Assembly: GCA_976226885.1 (NCBI GenBank) | Contig: OZ320320.1 | Span: 67,828,001 to 67,892,000, forward strand | From: Iphione sp. A-MEVVRFRX5 | Taxonomy: Eukaryota | Direction: 5' to 3' | Length of the DNA: 64,000 bases | In this document: in pieces, positions 38,451 to 52,100 of the stretch | How positions within the stretch are numbered: position 1 is the stretch's first letter | Layout: each line of letters begins with the position of its first letter | The notes under the pieces: model-generated | Told to the model about the DNA's origin: nothing | The model's input: only the letters and a program-made list of their open reading frames with translations | Databases searched by the model: none | Program-made: the position numbers and the translations under genes

Positions 38451-40148
38451 TGGCCTACACATGAACTACAAGACTCACGATTGAAAACCCACGTGACAAA
38501 CAGGCACCATCTACAGGTGGTCAACCATACTACCGAGGCTCAAACGTGGCTTTTGATTGGTTGTCAAGATGGATGGGCGGGATTTATAGTTTTTTTGTCA
38601 GGCTTTCATCATATTAATCGGTATTTTTAGGGAGGGGATTAAAGAATGGCAAATAGAAACTACGATTTGTCATGTCCTTTCGCTTTCGGTCCACGTGGAC
38701 GGACACACAAACTTTCCAATGCAGTGAATAAATATTACAACTTGAATAAACTCTTAGCCGAGTCTTACTCTCATAAGTGCCAGAAGGGTTCCCGGATCAA
38801 ATGATATATATTCCTGTTACCGAACTAATTCAGAGCTCAGTTCGTACGCACTAAAGGTCCTTTACAACGAAATACATACACATATACACAGACACGTACA
38901 AACAAGCATGCATAAGGAGACACAAAACTGTACTAAATTTTATTGTTTGGTTATTTGCCAGTCATCATGCTCAAGGCGTCTTTTATTTGGTTTCTTTATT
39001 CACTTTCAAAACCTACAATTCGCAAATTAGGACCAAGTTTCCAGTTATGTTTCTTAGTTATGTATATAATGTGCACCGCCGATTTACTTATATATTTGTT
39101 CACTGTATTTTGCGCTGAGACCTTATATATGAAGGTGACGGTCTTGCTTATCTGTGACTGGTAGAGAGCTAACTAGTGGCGGTATTTATCATCTCATACA
39201 TAACATCTTTTTTTTTTCAAACAGCTTGACGTCTTCAAGTATTGACATAATCCCAGAACCGCTGGGACAACAATACAGCCAGTTATTCTCGCCCGAGTAT
39301 TGTATATAGATGCCCAGAAGTGCCGAGTTGTCTGTGATTGACAGTAGATTTGATAAATATGTTACAATGTATACAAATGCATGTTATCCTGTGGGCATTC
39401 CCTTTCCCGTTTTTATACTTCCCTTTCCTGTACATGGCTTTCGTATGTTCTTAGGTCAAGGAGAACATTCTCTGTATTGATTTATGCCAGTTAAGCAGAT
39501 GTTTAGAAACTTGGATGAACATGATATTTATTTTAACCTTCTAAATAAACTTTGAATAACTCATTATTCGCTCCACTTTCTGATATTTATACTACTTCAG
39601 TCGTCATGTTTAAGTAACTTTCCGATGCGAATATGGTTTGAAGAAGGAGGTTTAAAGTAATTTGAGTATTTATTAGGAACTAGTTGGACCTCAGGTTAAA
39701 AGCGGGACGATGGAGCATGCATGGATTTTGTTGAATAAAACAGTTTACTAAAAGACTTATGACAAAATTTGTCCAGCTATGAACGTCAATGCTGACAGTG
39801 TCAGCTTTACAGTGGCCTCCAGTGATAACAGTGCATCCTGTGGTCCATAAGAGCCGAGAGAAATAAAACAACTCCGTGGTACTTTACTGATTTTTATTCA
39901 CAAGTTAAGATTTCAAGCTAAGGGAGTTTTTTTCAGTCTACAACTGAAGGAACGTTTTATCCAATAATACTCATCATAATTGGTATTCGGTTAAATCCTT
40001 AACGGCCTCAAATTCACTTTTACAATCTGTCACAAATTTAGAGTCATTCACATCTCTATCTCTGCCTCAACAGTCCTGCATCTTTGTGAATCAAGCAAAG
40101 GAACCTGTCCTTTTTGGCAATTTTTTTTGTTTTATATATAAATACAGC

Positions 40149-43100
40149 TCACAGTTCGGTGAAGAAGCGCATGACAGCCCGCACGATGCCGATGTCATTG
40201 TAGTTGAGGTAGCAGAGTCCTCCAAATGCAGCCATTGACATAAGCAGCAACACAGGCTTTACTAATGGCCGAAGGTATTCGCCATGTACATAGTCGGTGG
40301 TCACTCCCTGGAAAGCCCTACAGAGAGAAAGACACCAGTGTTAACAAAGTTGAATAAAGTTGAAATAGCAGCATCCTCGAAATGCAGCCATTAACATGGA
40401 TAACAGCATCGGCTTTTTGAATGGTTGAAGGTTTTCACTGGTGTACACAAGGGATACTCCCATAAAAGCCCTACAGAAAGAATGACATCAATGTTCTTAA
40501 GGTGCAGGTGCGGAGACTTCCAAATGCAGCTATAAATATAAGTAGCAACATGATGTTTACTAATGATCAAAAGTATTCACTATGTACAGTGGTCACTTGA
40601 TTAAAAGCCCTTCAGAGAGAAAGATGATCATCATATTCAGGTTGTGCAGTCTGTTGAATATAAGCACTAAAATGAACTTTCACAGAGCTGAGCTTGGAAA
40701 ACAACAGACTCATCTCCCTATTTTTACTTCTACTTAAGTGTGCTTTCTTATCATGCAAGCCTTGTAAATATCCTTATTAGATGAGAACACTTTGTCATTT
40801 TCTTATTATGAGAGCTGCTTGTCAGCCACGCTGATGTTGCACGACGACATGAAGTCCCAAATTTCAAATGATTATGCTTTCTGGTAATCAGGAGCCTGAG
40901 ACTTTCAAGATCAACATGCTTAAACATTACTTAATCAGGACATGAAAGATGACAGCAGCTGACACTGCATAGCTGAGGGCAGCTGATGGAAAAGAGGAGC
41001 ACTGCTAGGAAGATGGGGATGAGATCAATGGTTAACCAGCATTTTTAAACATAACTCACCAGTGGACATGAAGTACGACGGCAGCTGACACTGTATAGTC
41101 TAGGGCAGTTGATGGAAAGAGGAATGCTGCTGGGATGACGGGGATGAGAGCGAAGGCTAATACCCGCTCTCCCTTCCAGTGACTGATGGCAGGTGGGTGG
41201 TCGCCTTCTGAAGGGTCAAGGACAATGAGTAATTAAGGAAACATAACCTGTCTGGTAGTGCAATCAATATTCTGAAAACTGCCGAGTCTGCATTCTTTTT
41301 AATTTATCCAAATACATTTGAACGGAATAGAAAGCATCTGTGGTCCAGAATGAAAGTAATGCGCATTTCATTATCAAACGGGTGAACATGTTTCTCCACT
41401 GATGATAAAAATATATACTAACACATTATAAAAGCGTTACTGTTCTTTCAGTCTACAGCTTCCCTTCCCTTACCTGCTGGTCCATATATGCGTGCATCTC
41501 GTCTCGGCGTCACTGCTAGCGTCTTGGAGGGGCCAACAGATGCTGCTAGTGGCGCCATCCGGCGGAGCAGCTGGGGACCTGCCACTCGGGACAGGTGACT
41601 GGCTGCAATATTTTAACCGACTATGAAGCATGTGTGTTTTTTGAATATATTTATACATGATCTATAATGCCAAATACACAATATAAACAGTCCAACAGTC
41701 TGTCAGACCACGATATGCACGGCTGCCCCTGTTGCTCTAGCTATATCTAATTGTCGTGCTAATTCCTGGTAAATTATTGCAACTCAGCAAAGGGAAGGCA
41801 TAGCCAACTATACAAACAGCTATTGTTCAGCCTCGCTCTCGATAATGTTAGTGCTGAGTTCAAAGTTAACGCTCACCCAGTAACCACAAGTCAACTTTTT
41901 TCTGTGTGGGTTAACTTTTATTCCCTCAGAACTAATAAATCAGACCAAGGTGATCAAGTGATGTTCAGAGGTCTGACTGTCCTTAGAGTAGCTGTTGACT
42001 ATTTCTCCATTCAGGGTCGACAACATATGCCGGTCAAAGTTATGAATTCCTGAGCCAAATGATCCAGATGGATAAAATTTGAAAAAAGTTATGGTTGAAC
42101 CCTGGTCTAGTCTAGTCAAACAGCCATTCTGTTTGCTGCAATCAAATCAGCGATAGCATGCTCTGTGAAGGTCGTCCAGGCCTGGGAGAAGGGTTACTAT
42201 TATGTATGACTACAATGAATTCGATCTGGTAGATGTAGGGTAGGGAACCCAGTTGTTTCAGGCCGGGCCAGTTGATTTGGGCCCACTGTACACCACTCTC
42301 TCTGTGAATGATGTAGATGACATGACATCCGGGGGGGGGGGGGGGAGTTAGCTCAGTGGTAGAGCACTGGTCCACTGACTGAGAGGTCACAGGTTCAATC
42401 CTGGGCCTAGGACTCTTGATCAAGACCAGACAGATTTACTGTAGCCCTAACCCAGAGTGGTCCACAACTCGTAAAAAAAAGCTGTGGGTATATAGGATTC
42501 TGTCCTCCATGTACAAAAAGATCTCAGAAACCTATTTGAAATAAGAGTAGGGAGGAACTTGGGGTATTCTGGTCTCTCAATTCTCAATAAAAGATGGTAG
42601 TATGCTACCCCAGGAGGATATGGAAGAGCCCTGTCATATGATAGGTGAATATCTAGTTCCTGGTAAAAGATACAATGAAATGAAATCAAATGAAATACCC
42701 TCTTTGGAGCTAAGTTATCTATTCTGTGGCATTTGTGACCTAATTTCAAATCAAAACACAGAAAATTCACGCTAAAATGGCATGCTTCTGTTAATGTTTC
42801 CCATTAGGAAGTTGCGTGGAGTAACATATTGTTACGACCCGATCTAAGCATTGCGAATAAACCAATGTCCACACAGAAGTAAAATAGACGTGTTATTTAT
42901 TCAAGAGCAAACCGTGAACTGAACGGTGTCCCCGCACGCACTCCTATTTATACACCAGCCATAACGTGCGGGGTAACTAACTGCGGAGACATTTACTCCT
43001 CAAAGATCGCGGAGACAAGTTTACTCAGCATAAATTGCGGGGAAGTACATCCCCGCACAACACTGCTCCTCCTCGTAAAAGACTCGGCCCCCGAGTCACT

Positions 43101-46100
43101 TTTAAGAATACCGAGAAATACATCCCAGTAACAACATTATCACAGTAAAACAGAGAAGTACATCTCTGGAGCAATCGAATTTCCAACTCTGAATATAGGG
43201 AAGTACATCCCAACCATAAAAAAAGGGTAGCTTATTAATCTGAAGAATCTGGGAAGTACATCCCTGTGTCAAAATGCAAGAGTGGTGGGACTTAAGGTCC
43301 AAGTCTCTGTGTAACTCACTGAACTGGAAGAACGTCCTTGTAGTCTAGCACCAATATAACTTATTTACATAGGGTGCCCATAGGGCACAGTCCGTAATCC
43401 TGGGACATCCGTTTCGACTCAGTTATCGTCTGTTCGCCATTTCCACAGTCCAACACAGCCGGTCTCACTCTTAATCCTCCAACCCGCCCCTTATGGGGGC
43501 GGTTGGGCCCTGGTCCCCGACAAAGGTCTCGTCCGCGGACAGGGAGGCCACCCCGTCTTCACTGTTCGTCACCATAACATCATTATAGGAGAGCCTCATG
43601 TGGGCTCCACCTCTGGCTCGCCTCGCTTGCCACCAGGTCCACACACTGGTCTGGGCCACATCCGGTTGGGGACTCAGTTCAGCAGAGTGGTCAAAATGGA
43701 CCTGGGGCCTTGCTGAATGTAGGCGAAACCGGATCCTCGTCTCGGCTGTCCTGATGCGCCAACCAGCTGGCGGCGCTTCCCCAAGGGTGAGGGCCCGACC
43801 GTAGGCCCACTCGATCAGCTCTTGTTCTTCCTCAGCAGACAGCACTGGCCACGGTGTTGGGGCCGTCGCTGCCCGAGGGGGACCGGCCCCACGTGGGCCA
43901 GCCCCTCCCTCACCTGGGCCCGGGGGAGCAGCACGTGGGCGAACCTCGTGAAGAACCTCTTCTTGCTCGCGGCGTGGTCCGGCCCCCGGCCCCGGAAGGT
44001 CATCGCGCGGGTGACGCTCGTGAAGGACGTCCATCTGGTCGCGCCGTGGTCCCGCCCCTGGTGTCGCTGTGTCCCGCTCGGGGGACTGGCGGCCGGCCGG
44101 ATCACCCTCCCCCCCCTCCTCCTCCGACCCATGGGCGCCGGTCGAAGGGGATAGGGTGGGCGGTCGAGGGCCAGGGGGGACCTCCTCGTCGTCGCCGCCC
44201 TCTTCTTCTGGTCTGACACCCGGCACGTCGTCAGCTCCGGCTTCCGTCTCTCCGAGGCCCAATAGTGTGGCCACGGCCTCGTCCACGGCTGCTCCCGTCG
44301 GTTGGTCGCCATTCCGGTCACCTCCGGTCGTCTGCCACGTCGCCCTTACCGGTGGCCTCCTCGGGGCCGATGGCCAACGTCCCCGCCCCCCCGGCCGGGG
44401 TAGTGGGCAGCGAGGGTGGTAAGTCTCTCTCCGAGAGGGTCACGGCGAAGACCCTCCCGGATGGTGTAGAGGTGGTAGGCTCCTCTCGTCGCTCGGACTG
44501 GCCCAACCCAGCCTGTCGGATGACCTCGGCCGCCTCCTCACTCCAGTCCGTGACAACTGACGAGGGGGAGGGCAGTGCTGAAGAGGGCTGGCTCCCGGCA
44601 CGGGGTGATGCTCGGTGCCGGAACCCGAGTCCCAGCCCCCTTCCCTTGGGTGCGCCGCAGTCAGTAGGAAGGAGCCATCCTCTCCCCGGGGTCGGGGGCG
44701 AGCTCCCCGGCAGGGACACTCGGGGGGAGGTGGCGGCAGGCAGTCCTCCGGCCCCTCCTGGGGCAACCTCTTGCTGGCGGTGGCGAGCCTCACTGAGCCG
44801 GGCGGCCGCGATCAGTTGCGGCGTGAGGCTGGGTGTGGATGCCCGGCTACTCGAGTCTAGGCCCCAGAGCTGAACGTGCGTCCCTGGTCCCGGCGACAGC
44901 CCCGGGCTCCCTGCACTCGTCCGTCCCTCGGGTAGGCTGACCGCTGGGCTGCCGGTACTGGATACAACAGGCTTCTGTGGCACCGTACTCCCTGCCTGTC
45001 CGGGGTCGGGGGTAGTCTGGCTGTCATCCCGCTCTGGCGAAGGGGTGGCCGGTCGCCCCCGTGCGGCGGATGCTCATCACGGCAGACGTTTCCGGGGAGG
45101 AGGGTTGGCTGAATCGCTCTCCAAGTCGCGAGGTGATGACGTCATCTTCCGCCGCCCCGTCGTCCGTTGCAACCCCGAGGTCGAAGGCTGAGGAGACGCC
45201 GCCCTGCCGCTGGAGCCCGACGTCACCACCTGTAGCTGGCCATCATCGGACGAGGTCAGCTCCTCTTCCACGTCGTCGCCTTCTTCCTCCGAGTCTTCCT
45301 CTTCCACCATCGACGCCGACGTAGTGCCCTTGGCTCGCTTCTTACTTGGCACGTCCTCCCCGCGAATCATGGCCAGCTCTTTTCTTCTTTCGAACGCCTC
45401 AAGTTCCTTCTCCTGTTCGAATTCCGCCTGCCGGAGGGGAGGGACTGGCACCACGGTGCCCGTCAACGGGCCTGCCTCTGTCGAAAACCTCATGAACTCC
45501 ACCTCGACATCCTGCCCAATCTGGAGGTAATGGGGCTGGAAGTCTTGGTGGACCCCTCGAAGGTGGCGCCGGAAGTCGTCCCGGCGCTTGAAGATCTTCC
45601 CCTTGCACCGCGGCACGGGGCAGCGCCGTACGAAACCCTCCGCCTCATGCACACGGTAATGGCGGATCAGGTTGGCTTTCCGCCTAAACACCTTCTGGCA
45701 TCGGCTGCAACGCGGCGACGGCTTCCTCGCAGGCATCTCTCTCCGAAGACGGCGACACGCGGGGCAGGTAGTATCTTCTCCGCGCGGGGACGGTACCGTG
45801 CGGGGTTGGACCACCCCGCCCGGGGTAACTTTCTCCGCGCGAGGACTGGGTACCCCGCCTGGGGCTCTGCTATGGTTATCCCCGCCCGGGGATGCGGCGA
45901 CGTTCCTGTCAAGGGTACTCCGCACCGGGGTCGCGCAGACCACTCCGCTCGGGGCGTTGGTCGACTCACTGAAGCTATCCCCGCCCGGGGATACACACAC
46001 GTTGATAATGCTTCGGCCTGAAACAATTCGTCCAGTCTTTGCTTCCTGTTGTAGGGGTACAGCTTGTTCGTCACCTCGATGGCGTCTCAACACAAGTGGC

Positions 46101-49100
46101 GGTCCCCGCGCGCACCTTTCCTTATATACGCCGCCACTACTCCGCAGTCGATTCTGATTGGTTGATTCAGATCTCGCGGTCAACGAGACAATGTTTCTCC
46201 GCGCGTAGTGCGGGTATCTGGTCTTTGCCGCCTTCTCTTGGTGCGGGGTCGTGGACTTTGCCCCTCCTTCGTGCGGAGACTTTGTCTTCGTCGATATGCG
46301 CAGTCGCTCTCCCCGCTCGTGGTGCAGGGGCGTGGACTTTGCCGCTGGGGCTCGACGCGGGGTCACGGACTTTGTCGTCCTCTCCTGCGGAGACCTTGTC
46401 TTGGTCGATGTCCGTGGCCCCCCCCCCGCTCTTGGTGCGGGTACCTAGACCCGAGAGATCGGCGGTAGCGCTCTTCGTTCAACTGGTTGAACTCTCGGAA
46501 AATTGCAGTGGTGGTAGACTTCCCGATCCTCTCTTCCATCTTGCGGCGTACTCCCTTTATCTTCCACATTAAGCGGCCCAAACGATATTTAGCGCCTTTA
46601 TCATTGAGGGACATGACTCCAGCCAAGTATGCCTTGCTCAGTAGGGGGGCTACTAGTTTAGCCCAGGCTCCTTCTTTGTTATTCCTTGGTTTCCACCTCT
46701 TATCCTTCTTTTGGGCGAGACAATCCTTCTTCTCTCCCGGAGGCCTGTACCACCGTGGGGGGGGGCAGTGTCCGGGCCGGAGCGTCAGGGCTTGCTCCGG
46801 TCCCTCAAAGGTCGATCTAGGAGGGGGGGGCCAGAGGTCCTTCTGTCCTCTCTGCTCCCCCGCGAAACCTGTCGTGGTCCCTCCTCCTGACCAACCCCCA
46901 CTACCAGTCCCCCCTCGTGGTGCCTCCAGCTCTTCCATCTCTTCTCGCCACACCGCGTGGACCACCCCTATGACGTTATCACTCGGGGCGGTTATTGCTG
47001 GCTTCAGTAGGTCAGCATGAACGACTCGCCGCTTCCTTCCGTGCGCGATGCGATAAATGACCTGAGACAACCGACTTTCGATCACCCACGGGCCGTGCCA
47101 ATGACGCTGTAACTTTGGGGAACGTCCAATCTTCTTCGTGGGGTCTAGTAGCCAAACGGAAGCTCCTTCCTGATATACGTGCTCCCGCACACGTCGATCG
47201 TACCAATCCTTTTGTCGCTCGGCACACCTCTTGAGCTTCTCCCGGGCGAGGCTGTGAGCTTGGATTAACTCCTCCTGCTGTCGATTGACGAATTCCCCTC
47301 GGGGTTCCGAGTCTTCTGGCGGCTGTCCAAACATCAACTCTGCTGGCAAGGTCGTCTCACACCCCAATAACAAGCTATTGGGAGTCAGACCCGTCCCACT
47401 GTGAGGGGTGGCCCGATAAGCAGCCAGCGCGAAGGGGATCTTCTCGTCCCAATCCCCCTGTCCTTCTTCCACCAGAGCAGCCAACATGCGGTTCAACGTA
47501 CGGTTAAATCTTTCCACCACTCCATCGCTCTGGGGATGGTACGGAGTGGTCCGGGATTTCTCTACGCCTAGCATCTTCAACAACTCGCGGAAGAGCGCCG
47601 ACTCGAAGTTCCTGCCTTGATCGGAGTGGACTATCCGGGGAGGGCCATATCTGCACACTATCTCCTTGAGTAACACGCGGGCTGTGGTCTCTGCCGTAAA
47701 ATCCGGCACTGGAAAAGCTTCCACCCATTTAGTAAAGTGGTCAGCCACCACGAGGACATAGCGGTTCCCTTGCCTGGTCTCTGGAAAGGGGCCGCTTACG
47801 TCTACTGCTACGAACTCCCATGGTCCAGCGATGGGTCGGGCCATGAGCGGACTCCTCTTCTTCACCCCCGGATCTTTGGTCTGTTGGCAAGTCAAACACT
47901 GCTGTCCCCAGCGCTCCACATCACGTCCTAGGCCTGGCCAGAAATACCTGATGCGCAGAGCACCTTCAGTCTTCTTCACTCCCAAGTGTCCTCCCAGAGC
48001 TCCGGAGTGCACCTGCTCCCAAACTTCTTGCCGTAACTCTGTAGGGACATAGGCTTGAGGGGTCTTGCTGCCATCCTCTCTGTCAAACTGCCGGACAAGG
48101 ATGCCATCCTTCAGTGTCAAACGAGGGGTCTCCCCATAGAGGCACCTCTCTTCCCGATTGCCCGGACTGATGGAACCATCCTGCTCCGGTGCGCGGCCCT
48201 GTTCCAGTGCTTCGATGATTTTTCCTGTTAGTACCTCCCGCCGTTGAGCTGCTCGGAGTACTCCTTCACCTACTGGCACCACCCTAACGGCACACACCTC
48301 TTCGGTTGCTTCGTCTTCTTCTTCCTCATGCCGACCACACTGAAGACAGACCTTCCTTGACAAGCCGTCTGCGTTCCCATGTAGCCGCCCCGGGCGATGC
48401 ACAATTTCTAAGTTGTAGGTGTAGACCTCTTCTAGCCATCGGGCTAACTGTCCTTCCGGTTCCTTAAAGTTGCAGAGCCAACGAAGAGAGTTATGATCGG
48501 TACGAATGCACACGTTCTGGTCCCCCAGGTATGGCCGAAATTTCCGCAGTCCGAACACCACCGCCAGCAATTCCTTGCGGGTGACGCAGTAATTCCTCTC
48601 AGCCTTCGTCAACGTCCGGCTTGCATAGGCTAGGACCCGTTCTTGTCCATCTTGGTCCTGGGAGAGAACAGCTCCGATCCCTCCTGCTGATGCGTCTGTA
48701 TCGAGGTGGAGTTGCCCCTCAGGCCGCGGATACCCCAGCACCGGTGCGCTAGTCATTCGCTTCTTGAGCTCTTGGAAGGCCTCATCGCATTGGTCGTCCC
48801 ACCGGAACTCTGCATCCTTCATCAACAGCTTGTTCAAGGGCGCGGTGATGGTAGCGAAAGCCCGTACGAAACTTCGGTAGTACGAACAGAGGCCAATAAA
48901 ACTTCGTAGCTCCGTCAGGCAACGAGGGCGTGGCCAAGTCTGTATGGCCCGGATCTTTTCAGGGTCCGGCCCTACACCATCAGCTGAGACCCGATGTCCC
49001 AGATACGCCACTTCCTCCTGGAAGAGTTGACACTTGCTTGGCTTCACTCTCAGTCCCGCCTGTAACAGCCTGCTGAACACCTCTTCTAAGCGGTCGACCA

Positions 49101-52100
49101 TTTCTTCCACTGTCCGCCCGATCACAATCACGTCGTCCAAGTAAACTAGACAAGTCTGTCCGTCCAGTCCTCGCAGCACTGCCTCCATGAGTTGCTCGAA
49201 CGTAGAGGGGGCATTGCAGAGGCCGAACGGCATCACAGTAAACTGGTACAACCCGGCAGAAGTACACACCGCTGTCTTCTCCCTGTCCTCCGGTCGTAAC
49301 TGTACTTGCCAGTATCCTGCCGCGAGGTCAATGGCCGAGAAGTACCTCGCCCCCTGCAGGGCATCCAGGGTGTCATCGATGCGGGGGAGAGGGTAGGCAT
49401 CCTTCTTGGTAACGCGATTCAGGGCCCGGTAATCGATGCAAAACCTCCAACCACCATCTTTCTTCCGGACCAGGACTACCGGTGATGCCCAAGGACTGGT
49501 TGATGGCTCCAGAACGCCCTTCTGTAACATGTCGTCCACTTCCTTCTGTACAGCCTTGCGCTTGGCCGGAGGCAGTCGTCGCACCCTCTGACGAATTGGA
49601 CGGTGCCCCTGAGTGTCAATATTGTGGACGACCACTTCAGTTCGTCCTAACGGCTCGTCTTCTCGCTGGAACACCTGGCTGCAGTGCGTCAACATGTCTT
49701 CGATGCACTGTCGCTGGGAATCGGATAGCGAGTCCGGCAAGGTTTCCAACAGTCCAGCCAGCCCGCGGGTGCTTCCTTCTTCGACCACTCGTGCCCGTCC
49801 GCATTCTTCTTCTTCTTCTTCGCCTGAGACTGGGGTCGCCACTCCTATGACTGTCCCCTCTCTCAACCGTATCCGCGTAGAGCCGGGGTTACAAAGCTGC
49901 AGCTGACCTCGTGTCACTCCTGTCTCCCACAGCGTCCTAGCTACACGGATTCCCGACCTCGCCTTGAAGCTCTCCGCGCCTTCCACTAAGACTTCCTCGG
50001 CGGCCCTGGCGGCCCCAACCAGCGCCGCCTCCACGTATCCTACGCATCCGCCTTCCACCGCTGTGTCCTCTACCAGACAGACTCGCCGTGACTCGCCCTC
50101 GCTGTCCTTCGGCACCCTCACTCGCAGCTCGGATGTAGAAGCGTCCAACAACGCCCTCCAATGCACCAAGGTGTCCATGCCCAGAATTCCGTCGCAGTCA
50201 ATGTTAGCAATCAGGACCTTCACGGAAACACACAGGGACTCGAACTGTACTTCCACCTCCGCTCGTCCTCCCACCTTCAGAGGCGTCCCGTCTGCACACA
50301 GCACACGTCCTCCTACTGAAGCTCGACCCTCAACGCCCACTGCTTCCGCAACTTTTTGACTCAAGATCGTAAGGGAGGCGCCCGTATCTACCAGCCACTT
50401 CACTTTTCTTCCTCGAATCTGGCTACTGAGGATGATGCCACGGCCAGTCCGGTCTGGGTCTCCTTCCAATACCACTTCCTGGCACTCGTCCTCCCCCAAT
50501 CGCAGTTGCCACAGATGATCCTCAGCAGGGTCTTCAAGTGTGGTGACGGCCGCCCTCCCTACTGCTGGGGAGCGGCCGCTGGCCCGTTTCCCGAGGTCGT
50601 GGCTGCAACCGATGTCGCCCCTTTATACTGCGGGCAGTCCTTCTTGAAGTGTCCCGGGTCATCACAGATGAAACAGCCCTTCTTCTTTCCCTGCCTACGT
50701 GCTCCTGTTCCCGCGTCTTGGCGCTTCACCAGCTGTCCCAGCAATTCTTCAATACGGCGCCACGGTTCGGCCGCTCCACTGGACTTGCCTTCGACGCTCT
50801 CCTCTCTGTGTTCAGCCACGTGTACCCGCTTCGGCGTGCGTTCTCTTTTGCTGTCATAGTACGACTCGGCCAGTTGAGCTTCCGACAGTGCTGTACGGAA
50901 GGAGGTGACCCGTGCCTGTGTTACCCACTTCCGCTCTTTTTCGTTGGCCAAGGCCCCAAGGAAGTACTCCCGACACATCCTGTCCTTCCACTGGCCCGTG
51001 GCCTCGGGATAGGCCAAACGGACCAATCGTTCCACATCATCGGCTAGGTCGGCCAGCTTCTCCTCCTTCCCCTGCTTCCGATACTTCAGCTGCTGCATGT
51101 AGGCATCGATCTGATCCGCCGGCTGGAACCGATCACGTAGGGCCTGGACTATCTTGTCGAACGCTCCGGGCTCTTCCACATCGACTTGTGCGTTACGCAA
51201 CGCCGTCCTTGCTGCCTTACGCAAGGCCACTCCAAGTTGTATGGCCTTCTCTCTGTCATCCCATGCGTTGGCCGCCGCAACCAGTTGATAATGATGGAGA
51301 AAGTCAGGCAAGGACGTCGTTCCATCGTAGGTGTCCGGTCTAATAGAAGTGCGACGGGGTCTCTCTGAGGGTCGGGCCACCCGCCTGAGCTCGTCAACCA
51401 GGTCCTGAATGAGGGGGTCCTCTTCCTGCCTCGGCCGGGCTTCCTCCTCATCACTGGACTCCTCTTCGGAAGATGCTACAGCAGCGTCTTCTTCCTCCTC
51501 TTCGAGTTCACGGGCTCTAACTGCTCGGGGTCGAGGTGCGGGAACGGGGGTAGCTGTTATCGCTCGCCTTTCCCCCTCCCCGGCACCTGTAAATGGGGAT
51601 AGGGTCCTTCTCCTCCTAGCGGTCTCCTTCTCCTCAGATCCAAGGGTACAAGCCGTGTCAGCACCGAACCTCGAAGGAGCCTTCTTCCCCCCTCTGGGGA
51701 AGTTCTCCGCTCGGCCTGACGACCCATGCTCTGCCCCTGGGTCCTCCGCCCCAATTGCGGGGAAAGGTGTCTCCGCAATTTCTGAGGGGTAAAGATGCTC
51801 CGCATCTTTTGAGGAGTAAGAGTGCTCCGCACGATCTGAGGAGTAATAGTGCTCCGCACGATCTGAGGAGTCGGTATTCTCCGCACCAGAAGGAGAGTCG
51901 ATCCCACCGCTGCCACCAATGTTACGACCCGATCTAAGCATTGCGAATAAACCGATGTCCACACAGAAGTAAAATAGACTTGTTGTTTATTCAAGAGCAA
52001 ACCGTGAACTGAACTGTGTCCCCGCACGCACTCCTATTTATACACCAGCCATAACGTGCGGGGTAACTAACTGCGGAGACATTTACTCCTCAAAGATCGC

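Noticed and set aside
42343-42412. Functional tRNA gene
   Set aside because: A and B boxes are present but acceptor and anticodon stems do not pair.
42447-42770. Possible LINE 3' remnant on the minus strand
   Set aside because: Only a vague resemblance to RT C-terminal motifs; not enough to call.
43037-43335. CRISPR-like repeat-spacer array
   Set aside because: Eukaryotic retroelement UTR, repeats only about 14 bp with variable stems, no cas genes.
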